Assembly: GCF_964213995.1 (NCBI RefSeq)
Contig: NC_135803.1
Coordinates: forward strand, 30,256,001 to 30,320,000
Source: Mustelus asterias
Taxonomy: Eukaryota
DNA length: 64,000 bases
Direction: 5' to 3'
This document shows, piece by piece, positions 49,580 to 61,140 of this stretch (the stretch's first letter is position 1; each line of letters starts with the position of its first letter). The position numbers were made by a program, and so were the translations under genes. The notes under the pieces were generated by a model that ran no database searches, was not told where the DNA came from, and saw only the letters and a program-made list of their open reading frames with translations.

Positions 49580-52410
49580 GAATATGTGGTGATTACAAGG
49601 TAACTGCAAACTATTGGAATGCATTCCGCAGGATACTTTGCCATACGTGGAGGATCTGTTCACAGTCATGTCAGGAGGCCAAATGTTATTCAGAGTTGGA
49701 TCTGACAAATGCCCACCTGCAACTTGAGTTAGACAATGTGTCTAAACTGTATTTGACTATTAAAACACACGTGGGTCTATTTCAGTTTCATAGGTTGCCA
49801 GTTTGTATTTCTTAAGCTCCTGGAATTTTCCAAATTCAGGAAGTAGTGTGCTATGTGAATGAAGTACTTATTTCGGCTCCCATGATGACAGACTGAAATA
49901 GGTGTTTCAACATTCTGAAAAGTAAGGAGTTCGGGTGAAGGCACACAAATATGAAACGTTTCAAAAATCTGTAGACTATTTTGTCACAGGGTAGATGAAG
50001 ATGGTTTACATCCTACCAACAGTGAGGTTCAAGCATGAGAAAATCACCAAACTAGCAGAATATCTGAGCACAGATCCTTTTTGGGCTTCATGAATCACTA
50101 CAATAAATTCATGCCAAATTTGGCAACTTTGCTGCATCCATTGAATGAACTCTTGAGGAAGGATGTTCCATGGAATTGGACAGGAATGTGACAAAACATT
50201 CAAGTTGTGTAATAGTCAACTGGTAGACGACACAGTGCTTGTATATTATGATGTGTCCAAATAATTTAAGTTAGCGTGTGATGCCTTTCCATAAAGAGTA
50301 GCCACTGTGATCTCTCGTGTTGGATGATTGCGAGGAGAGACCAATTACATTTGACTCACACACCCTAACTTCCAGTGAGGGAAATCACCCTCAGAATGTG
50401 AAGTATTGTCTTTGACCAGAATTTTATGTGTAATGTTTGGGCACATTTCCAAAGTCATTGTGTCCTCGTGCAATATTTTGGCCGATGGGCATATGTGCGA
50501 GTTGGAAGCCCATCAGCCAACAATCAAGAAGCCAATTTAGATTAATTAAACAGCAATTGACTGGGATTTTATGTTACCCATCTGTTTTTACGGTTGCCAG
50601 GAGGGCCAATTGGCAAGGCAGCCTTTGCATTTTAGCTACAACTTCGATCCAGGGTGCGATGAAATTCTAGGCTCAAGTAAAATTAACGCAGGGATTGAGA
50701 TCTGTGTACGATTGTGCTGTCTAGACTCTCTTGGCACAGTTTTTCCACTGATATTTATTTTTTACAGGTCCACAGCTGCCTCTCAGCTGAGCAGCGGCTG
50801 TTCCCCTGAGGGAGCACATTCGAACCGCCAGTCCACACATTCCCTTTCCTCGGTGCCCACCCTCCCCAGCAGCACTCAGCCTTTAACAGAGTGCGTTTCA
50901 CGCTAAATGGTTGTTAATTGGCCAGACATCGTAATATTGTGTTAACAACACGATCTCAAGCGGGAGTGGGTTTCACATCCACTCCTGCCCATGCTGACTT
51001 TGGTTGTGCCCTGATTGTAAAATTCACACCATTGATCTTCAGGGTAAGAAGATTTCATAAATACTTGTGTGGTTGTAGTTTCACAATCAAAACTGCTCAT
51101 AATCACTCATTTTGATTCCAAAATCTCCAGTACCCACTTTGGCTACAGTCGGAGTACAGACATGGACTTTGATTTTGTCTGCTTGTCAGTGCAACATTAA
51201 GTACAGACTATTGAAGATTTATTATAATGTTGATGCAATGTCTAGATCACTGTCCTCATCACAGGGAGAGCCCAACGGGGAGGATTTATTTTTCTTTTCA
51301 CACGTAAATGAGTCACCAATCGCAGCAAATGACATTGGTTGAACAACTCGTAAACAAGCATGTATGACTATATCGCAAACAGGTGGCCAACACAGATACT
51401 GTATTTGGAATTCAGGCCATTTTTATGCGTAAGAATGAACCTTCCGTTGATAACCGTTGTGTTATGTGGGGACAAAAGTTGTAATTCCAGAAAGTTACAG
51501 GTCACATTTGCTATATGATTTCAGGGTCAACACTTGGGGACGCGCTTGACAAAGAGTCTGGTGAGAAGCTCCCTTCGGTGGCCAGGGCTAGATAGGGATA
51601 TAGAAGACGCAGTGAAACAGTGTCGAGCAACAGAAAAGAAGCTGCCATGGGAATGACTGGCTTGAGTATGAGTGAGGTAGCAAATAGATTCTGCTGACTT
51701 TGAAGGGCAAGAGGTATTCGTAGTGACAGCCCTTTGAAGAGGGTTGAGGGAATTGAACAAATAGCAAAACTCTAGATATCTTGCAAAGTTTGTTCACTGC
51801 TTATGGGTTCCCAAAGGAAACTGTCTGACAACGCACTTCAGTTTTGTTCAGAAGAGTATCCATAATTCACAAGAATGAACAGGCTAAAACACTCTAGAGT
51901 TCTACCATATCACCCTGCTGCAATTAGAGCAGCATAGCACACAGCTTGCTTTTGTTAAAAAAGCTTTTGAGGCAAATTGGAAGAAACACCGGTTTTCATT
52001 GCCTCACAAACTGGTAAAATCTTTGTTTATTGTAACATCCTTCACATTACTACAGGCTGAACACCAGTGGATTTCTTAGAAGACCATCTAGAACAAGGTT
52101 TTCATTGATGAGGCTACATTTAACACAGTCTGTAGAAGAGGAAAAAAATCAAGGCAGAATGAGAGCCATGATGGGGGTAGAGTGAGATAAAGAAGTCTGA
52201 AGTTGAACCAGAAGGTTCCAATGATAACAAGTGGTTGAAATGGCTACCAGGAAGAGTTGTAAGAATACACAGTGCTTGCAGGTATTCAGTCAAGATGGGC
52301 GGTAATGGAAAGGTTAGGTTTGTACATGTATAATTTTATCTTTAGAGGTTTATGAAAAAAAGGAAGGTGGGAAAAATCAAATGAGTCTGATTAATCAGAT
52401 AGTTGGGATA
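49580..52410 (+). mobile_element. Degraded Gypsy-type pol relic (RT, RNase H, integrase), with an insert at ~50415-51035
   Basis: Disrupted motifs: EDLFT..SGG and LDL.NA.LQL (RT), KLACDA (RNase H), HLG...KSL.RS...WPGLD.DIE...C (integrase zinc finger) and PYHPA. Confidence 0.75.
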
Positions 52411-54642
52411 CATGTGTGGCATGGTGGTGATGGGTGGCACAGTGGTTAGCACTACTGCCTCACAGCACTAGGGACCCGGTTCTGCTCCAGGCTTGGGTCA
52501 CTGTCTGTGCAGAATCTGCATGTTCTCCCCGTGTCTGCGTGGGTTTCTTCCAGGTGCTCCGGTTTCCTCCCACAGTCCGAAAGACATGCTGGTTAGGTGC
52601 CCCGGCCATGCTAAATTCTCCCTCTCTGTATCCGAACATGCTCCGGAGTGTGGTGATTAGGGGATTTTCACAGTAACTTCATTGCAGTGTAATTGTGAAC
52701 CTACTTGTGACACTAATAAATAAACTTAAATAAGTAGAGTACCAAAGTTCCAATAATTACTCCCTCATAAGCGCCTGAAACCAGTTCAAAGCCAAGTCAC
52801 AGTCTGACAGACATGAGTGGAAAATTCAATTGAAGTTTAAGGTCAAAATCAGTCTTTGTTGGAGAAAGCTTCTCCTCCGACTCGGGCCAAGATGGGTCAA
52901 TCCTGAAAGTTTGGGTCAAGAAAATAGATATCCTCATGAGAATAGGAAGCCAATGGCTAAGTTTGATTTGTAAATAAATGAAAATCAAGAAATGTATATA
53001 AGTTGTATGGAACTTAAAAATTGTGCATCTTTTTTCATTGAGAGAAGAGCTTGATCGTGCCCTCTGGCCACTTGTGTATGTATGTCTTCATCTTGAGTTC
53101 TCAGGCAAAAGCAGGTCTGATCCACAATACCATGACCTCCTCCACAAGTAGGAAGTTCTGAATCCACTCCAGTCGGAACAGGAATTGAACCCCAGTGCTG
53201 TTGACACCAATCTGATCCATAATGGCCATTTTCACATGCATATTGCAGCTTGGAGCTATGAATAATGATGGCAGAGGCTCCAATTTCCTTTCCATCACAT
53301 GGCTGACAAGGAATTATGAATACACCTTCCTTAGCCAGCAGATCCTGGAATGTGTGCTGAAACGTGTTTCTGGCTTAGAGGCAGGGATGCTACCCAGTAC
53401 ACGACAAGACTATGTATGTATGTATGTCAGCCAAACCGGATTAAATCAGTCTTCAATTTGGTACCAGCCTCCATGCTGTACAGTGGTTTTTGTCCTGCAA
53501 AGATGGCACAAGTATCACATGTACATTATGGAGTTCTGAATGGAAAGAACTAAATGGCAGGCAAAGACAGTGGTATTGAGTGAACTGTGTGTGTGAATAA
53601 TATGTTTCTTTTTAATGACTTTGAAATCATTGAGGGATGAAGTAAAGATTATGTAGCATCATGTCAGATTTGAGCTGTTTGCTGTTTGTCAACATGAAAA
53701 ACGTGGTGGGGCAGAAGTCAGTGACTGTTGATTTGCAGATACAAAGGCATGTCAGCTTTGTTAAAAGGTCCCCTGAATACCTCATTTTACTCATTTGCCT
53801 TGATCCTTCACTTTCTGTTCAATCAGCTTTCTATCTATACTGCTATATTTCTTCATGGTTTAAGGCACAGAGTCAAAATCCTGGAATTCCTACCCTAACA
53901 ATCCTGTAGGTGTACCTAGACCACGTGGATTGCAGCGATTAAAGAAGACGGCTCACCACCACCTTCTCAAGGGCAATTAGGGATGGAAAATAAAAGCTGA
54001 CCTATCCAGCGATGCCCACATCCCATGAATGAATTTAAAAGTCTTTCATCTCTAATCTCAATTTCTAAGGCCCTTGAACATGTCATTTCCTTCATCTATG
54101 TCCTTTCTTTCCTCCAAAACCTCTTGTTTGAATCTCTCCAATCAATTTTCCACTTTTCCACATCTTAAGTCTACCCTAGTCAAAGACACAAACAATATCC
54201 TTTGTGGTTGTCGGATACACTGCACCCTTTCTAGCCCTTGAGATAGTTGATTATACCATTCCAATGCTTTTCCTCTGTTGTCCAGCTTGTTCTGACAGTA
54301 TTCATTTGGCTCCACTCTTACCTGTCCGACAACATCCATCGCATTGTTACAATGGCTTCTCCTCTGAACTCTACATTATTACCTCAGAAGTTCCCCAAGG
54401 ATTCATTCTTGCCTCCCTTTCCATCATCTAAATGCTTGTCCCCTCTACACCATCCACAGAAAGGAATTGACTTGCGCATACTTTACTTAATCAGTAAGTA
54501 ATGAAATGGTGGGGATGTGTACTATTGCTTATATGAGCATTATTTGAACAGAAAGTAATAATACAAACCAGAGCAATAATTTACTTTAAATTGTTTTGCT
54601 TTGGTGAAACAAGAAACTAAGGAACTTTTATTTTGCTTACAG

Positions 54643-54759
54643 ATGTAAGGGAGAGAAGAGGAATATGTTTTCCTGGAATTCCCTGTTTCTTCAGGAATAC
54701 CAGAAGACGTATAGAGGATAGACAAGTTAATAACATTCGGAATTGCATAAAACAAGAAG
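54643..54759 (+). CDS. C2orf72: C2orf72-like exon 2 (DVRERRGICFPGIPCFFRNTRRRIEDRQVNNIRNCIKQE)
   Basis: TTTTGCTTACAG acceptor and AAG|GTAAAT donor; 117 nt, phase 1-1, open in the required frame; CF..RR motif reminiscent of the human exon 2 region. Confidence 0.65.
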
Positions 54760-57700
54760 GTAAATTGAAAATGACGCTGCCTTTTTAAAAAAAAAAAGCA
54801 GATGCAAAATTTAAACAGATTTGCCTTTGTCTGGTCCTTTCAAATGAACTAAACCTTCATGTATCCAACATAGAATATTACAGCATGAAAGGAGTCAACT
54901 TTTCCCCGTATTCCTACATTTTTTTTCTCCTTCCAAGTATTTAATCAATTCCATTTTGAAGACTATTGAATATTTATACAGTAAGAACAACTTGTATTTG
55001 TATAGTATTTAACATAATATAAGTTTCAAAGTGCTTCACCTTGACACTGAGCCGCGTATAAAGAGACATGTAGGCAAATGACCAAAAACTTGTCAGAGAA
55101 GTAGGTTTTAAGGAGTGGCTTAATGTGGAAAAGAAGAGTGGTGGGAAGGTTTAAGAAGCAAATCCCAGAGCTTGGGGCCTTGGCTGTTGACGGCATGGCC
55201 ACCCACTGTTACAATCCCAGCTGATCTTACCACGAAGTAATCCAGTCTCAGAATGAAACCCTGGCTTAATAGACCATCACTTTTGTGGATGAACAGAGTC
55301 ACAGGACTGCCAATTTAACTTATAACAAAAGAATGAAAAGGTTGACTAAAATATAATACTTCTTCACCCTACCTAAATCTTCACAAATGTGTGCAGATTG
55401 TTAAGATTAACAGAAGATACAAAATATATCTTCGTGTTCTCAGTAAGTACACAGTCCATACAAACCAATAGGCAAAATGCGGTCAGACACACCACACACT
55501 GATGCCACCCAGTATAGCTTCTGTGGATTTCTCATCAAATCCCCCCAGATGCCTGTCACACTGTGAGCCAACTGGTCTCCTGGAACTCCAGGAAGTCTCC
55601 TGACTTCCACATAAGTGTTTCCAAACTCTACTCTGAAAAAACACACCTTAGAACCTTCTCCCAAACAAGGCTTTCTCTTCGATGCTTACACCAAGGACCC
55701 ACTTCCAGAATTTCAGTTTGTCTTTCAGTATTCCTCTTCTCTGGATTGCCACATGTATTCAAGTTTCCACATCATCTCTCAGGTATCCAGTCATACCAAC
55801 AGAACACCATTGCTTCACAGGCTGTTTTCAGGTGTCACCAACCTTTTGATTTACCTCTGATATCTGGTTTCTCACTTTAAATCTGGTTCTTGCAGCTGTC
55901 TCTTTAACTCAGAGTACTTTCTCTGATTTTTACTGCTTTTGGTGGTGGCACGGTGGCACAGTGATTAATACAGCTGCCTCAGAGCGCCAGGGACCCAAGT
56001 TCAATTCCTGGCTTGGGTCACTGTCTGTGTGGAGTTTGCACATTCTCCCTGTGTCTGTGTGGGTTTCCTCCGGGTACTCCAGTTTCCTCCCACAGTCTGA
56101 AAGACATGCTGATTAGATGCATTAGCCATGCTAAATTCTCCATCAGTGTACCCGAACAGGCGCAGGAGTGTGGCGACTGTGGGATTTTCACAGTAACTTC
56201 ATTGCAATGTTAATGTAAGCTTACTTGTGACACTAATTTAAAAAAACCTTAAACTTTAACTTCACCCTACAGGACCTTATTCAACATTTTGTTCTCTGTT
56301 CCTTTAATGGAATTGATTTCCTGAGACTTTTTTTTGTCCCAACTCCCCAGTTGTCTGGGCTTTCTCTTGTTCTTTTGGGATGTTTGCTTTCTCCCAGTTC
56401 CCTGGTTCTGTCTAGCTTCTTCTTGGTCTAGCTTAAAACTAAACTCAAAAGTTATTTCTAACCTAAGGCAGCTCCTGGTTGCTAAGCAACAGCCTAGTCT
56501 TCCTTTAACCCTGTTTATTTTCATGTCGTAAACCTTTAATTGCAGTGCAGGCATAGCTTGAAAGAGGGTAATGATGGCAGATTTGAAAGAGAACCATTTA
56601 CGATATCGGCTAATGTGAGAAGTAGGAAGGAATGTGGGTGGTCAGCAGTAAAGTTGAGGGAACAGGAGGACCAGATGAACTCAAAGGGCATAATGGGGTG
56701 TACGAGAGAAAGCAGAGAATGATGCAAATGCAGAAAAGGGCACTTTAGAGATTTGGCCCAGTGGATCAGGAGAAGGGAGGAACATGGCAGCTGATCGGAT
56801 GGCCTTAGTTTTAGTGACAAAGCATTTCATGAACTCTCGCTTATTGTTGACCGTGAGGTTGAATGGAAATGGGGTTTAAGATATGGTTTGTACTTCAAGA
56901 AAGAAGTATGGGGTTATCTTTGCGTTCAAGGATGATCCTGGGAGAGTGAACAGTTTTAGCAGATGAGAGCAGGACCTAATGGTGTGTAATGTGGTCAAAC
57001 CAGATCTGGTGGGGAATGGCTAAAGCCTTTGTCTGTGATATCTGTTCAAGTCTGTGCCACTTGGATTAGGTTAGTGGAGATGAGGAATCTGCTGAGATAA
57101 TGACCAGGGTAATGGTTTTATTGGGGATTATGGTAACAAAACGGCAAAGGTAAGGATAAGATTGAGTAAATACAGAAATGTTGTGATGAATGGCTGGCCA
57201 AAGGCAATTGTTCGATTTATAGTTGTAATACCAGCTGTTATAACTAAGCCTTCATATCTATAGAAGTTTGAATGTATGTATTTTGAATGTATTCTCCATT
57301 GTGTATTAGTGTTAGTGCTGTGAATTATTTAATCCGTTAACTTTGCAATTTTCTCTGGTTGATAAATCAAATTGTTCTGCCCAGTTGAGATTGGGTAACT
57401 CTATGAGGCAAAACTGGAATTTTTAATTTTTCTTTCTTGGGATGTGGGCCTTTCAGACAAGACAGATGTTTATTTCCCTCAGTCAGCTATACAGTGTAGA
57501 ATGCAGTTTACGTAAGCTGGAATGGACATTGAGAAGTTCTGTTCCCTGAAGATGGCAGTTATGACAATCTGATTATTTTCTAATGCTGACCTCTGAGTTG
57601 CCATTCAATTTCAGAACTAGGCTTCCAGAGTTGTAAACATCAATTAGTTTATTTATTACTCATAAGTAAGGCTTACATTAACACTGCAATGAAGTTACTG

Positions 57701-58348
57701 TGAAATTCCCCTAGTTGCCGCACTCCGGCGCCTGTTCGGGTCAATGCACCTAACCAGCACGTCTTTCAGACTGTGGGAGGAAACCGGAGCACTCGGAGGA
57801 AACCCACGCAGACATGGCGAGAAAGTGCAAACTCCACACAGCCAGTGGCCCAAGCCAGGAATCGAACCCAGGTCCCTGGTGCTGTGAGGCAGCAGTGCTA
57901 ACTAATGTGCCACCCACAAGTGATGCTGTTCTCCATTATGCCATTGGTGAGAGGGAGAACTGGAATGCTCTCTTATTTAAAGTCTTCATCTAAATAAAGT
58001 CAATATAAACAAATGTTGGGAATAATGTGGTGCTGTGGATGAAAAGAGTTGTTCCTTGTCTTCAAACAGAGCTGGAATTTCACTCTTAGCGGATCAGAGC
58101 GCCATGTACTATGGTCAGGATAACATTGAATTCTGGGGAATATCCACATTCAAATCAAATCCAGAATGAAGGATTAAATACTCACCTTCTGATTGCCACA
58201 AGGCGCCTGTTAAAATAAATTCCCCATGAAAGTTGGCTCTGTGCATAAGACTGTTGTTAATTGGCAATCTCACTCTGAGTTCCTGCAGAATGACTGATGT
58301 GGGGAATGGAAAAATCTGTGGTCCAGGTCGCTTTCTGTGACAGCAACT

Positions 58349-58410
58349 TCCTCGTTAGTGTAGAGGATAGTATCCCCACCTGTCACACGGGAGACTGGGG
58401 TTCAATTATC
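58349..58410 (+). pseudogene. tRNA-Asp(GTC) pseudogene
   Basis: TCCTCGTTAGTGTAGAGGATAGTATCCCCACCTGTCACACGGGAGACTGGGGTTCAATT follows vertebrate tRNA-Asp-GTC with CpG-decay changes; the 3' acceptor strand is disrupted. Confidence 0.85.
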
Positions 58411-58883
58411 CTGAGGTGGTGGTGGCATAGTGGAATTGTCACAGGACTAGTAATCCAGGCATCCAGTGTAACGCTCTGGGAATCTGGGTTCAAATCCCAC
58501 CACAATAGGTGGCGTAATTTGAATTCAGTAAAAGTCTGATGATGACAATGAAAAACCATGAAACCTATCTGGTTCATTAATGTCCTTTAGGGAAGGAAAT
58601 CTGCCGTCCTTACCCAGTCTGGCCTGCCAAAAGGATTGGTGGTTTTCTGTGGTTTGACTGAAGCAAACTGAGTCAGAATAGAAGGGGTTTTTACTCTGCA
58701 TTGCTTTGTGTTGTATCTAAGAGTATTTAATGCTTGCTGCCAAAATAATGAAAACTATTTCATTCCTCGCCTCTGTTGTTCCTCATTGATTAGCTCAAGT
58801 CAAATGGACTGAAAAAAGAACACTGATAATACAACACAATTTTGAATCTGGCTTTATAATACTTGCATGTTGTTTTTTTTTAG

Positions 58884-59020
58884 GAATATCCAAGACTGCT
58901 GGGACAGATGCTACTTCACAACAGTTGACAGTGGGTCCATCCACGGTTGATGGCTATAAAACTGACCTACAGATTGACTCTAGTGGAAATAATGGCATGA
59001 ATATGGAAACTGAAGTTTAA
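58884..59020 (+). CDS. C2orf72: C2orf72-like last exon (GISKTAGTDATSQQLTV...NGMNMETEV*)
   Basis: Poly-T + AG acceptor, phase 1, open to TAA; ATTAAA at 59061. Homology was not directly recognised. Confidence 0.55.
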
Positions 59021-59314
59021 ATGATTTTTATAAACCACTGTTTTCTACATTTGCACATTTATTAAAGAGTACCAGGACCTGAGAAAAACAAATTAAATAC
59101 TTGATTTTCCATATTTTCCTTTTTCTCAGTGTATTGATTGGGAGAGTTGCTAGTCTGGATTATCTGAACAAGTACTTATTCCAAAAGAACCTGAAATATG
59201 ATGGTATTGTAGTCCTCACAGTTGACTTAACCTATGATAACCGAGTATGTGCATTCATTCAAACCAATTCACCGGCTGTAAACATGGGAAGAGAATCCTG
59301 ACATCGTCCAGCTC

Positions 59315-59363
59315 AGTAAGAGTTTTAACAACACCAGGTTAAAGTCCAACAGGTTCATTTGAA
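59315..59363 (-). mobile_element. 49-bp PLE family A terminal insert
   Basis: AGTAAG..TTTAACAACACCAGGTTAAAGTCCAACAGG, flanked by TSD CGTCCAGCTC at 59305-59314 and 59364-59373. Confidence 0.85.
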
Positions 59364-59829
59364 CGTCCAGCTCGCCATTTTTGAATCAACTCCTTTGCAG
59401 AAAACTTGTTGACAATAATCGAAGAGAGAAGTATTCTGTCAGTTCAAGAGAAATATGTAAAACTGAAAAGATTTGCCTGAAAGTATTTAAAATTCCTAGC
59501 TCCTCTGAGAACCATACTTTTTTTTATTTAAAACTATTATGTATGAGGTCTGATAACTAATAAAAGACCACTAGGTAAGTGGGAGTAAACTAACTGGAAC
59601 TGTTGATTAACACACCTATTCTCTTGCACAATCAGTACACCTGACCTGTTCTCTGAAAGGGGCATGCCCCAACATTCAGAACACACCTCCTCTTCCTTCA
59701 AAACCTCTCGTATAACATACATTTTTAACACAATTATATAGATACACAACTCAACTATATACAAATAAGAATATGAACTGTGAATAGCAATATCAATGTC
59801 CACTTAAATGTCTACATAGAAATAATCAG

Positions 59830-61140
59830 TCTATCTGGAGCATGACAGTTTCTGGACAAACGTCTCTTTGCCTTTGGAATTGTTTTGAATTTCCGGAGCT
59901 CTTGAGCTTCCTCTCTTGTCTCCAGTAGCTTCTGTCAACGTTTCCTCTCTGGGTAGAACTATCTCTGCTTCAGGAACACTAGACTCAGTCGGTTCCTCTG
60001 GAATGGGGAGGACTTCCACCAGCTAATTCATGTTTCTCCTCCAGATCTGTTTGTCCTGCGTCCGTACAATGTGTGACACTGGTCCCGTCTGTTGTTGGAA
60101 ACCATTTCTTACCTGACGTGTAGTTCCTCGCCAACACGGTTTCTCCCTTGCTGAACTTCCTTGACTTCCCCTCCTTTCAGGCCATCTGACTCTTCTGGTT
60201 CTTTGTTACCACTTCTCGTGTCTCCTCTGGCCCTATCAGGTCAAAAATGGTCCTCAATTTGTTGCCAAACATCAATGATGCTGGGGAACACTGGGCCTGC
60301 AGACTCCTTGGACAAGTCTGATTTCAGTTGAATTTTAATCTCGACTCCTTTCATCTCACCAGGGTCCCCTTGAACACATCCTTATATTTCTCCAGGATGT
60401 CCTGTCAACTTGTTCTCAAATCCACCAGCCTATTTACCATGCCCCAGTTTAATTTTAATTTCTGCAGCCAGGAGCATCCAAACATGGCAGGGTTGACCAC
60501 ATACAACGGCGCACTGGTCCCTCAGTTGCACTTTCACCAGTACATATCCTCTCAGTGGCACCACTTGCTCCATGTAAATATGTAAGGTGATTCTGGAAGG
60601 CTTCAACGGTAATGTTTTCAAGTTGTCCCTGTATACTGAGTCCGGAATCAGTAATACCGCTGTCCCATATCTACTTCCATTTTAACTACTTTGGGAAGGT
60701 AGTTCTACCTTGGGAAGGACCCAGAATCTCGGCTTCTCAAACTCATAATATATTCAGTCGGAATTCTGTTGATTTGGGTTCTTCTGCCTCCTTTGCAGAT
60801 TTGGCAGAATCCCTTTCCCCTTCTTGGCTGGTGGCGTGTATCTTGTGCCTAGTCTTCAAGTTCATCTCTCTCCAACTCCCCTTTTCCTTTTTCAGTTGTA
60901 CCCCACAATTATGGGCAATATGCCCCACCTACTTATACCGGTGGCATTGGACTTCACAAGTCCAGCCTGTGGATTCTCTGTGGCCAGACTTACCATAGCG
61001 GCGGCATTCTATGCTTGACACCATGTTCTGTTGTACTTCGGTTACTTTGCTCAGTCACCGACACCTAACTGTGTTGCTTCATTTGCAACCAGTTCCATAG
61101 CAGTAGCTATCTCAAAAGCCACTTTTAAAATCTTAAAACT
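59830..61140 (-). mobile_element. Internally deleted Gypsy-type relic (gag zinc knuckle, protease, integrase C-terminus)
   Basis: Decayed C....GHIAHNC knuckle at ~60950-60905, KMEVD protease-like motif at ~60680, and integrase-tail-like sequence at 60000-60300. Confidence 0.6.
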
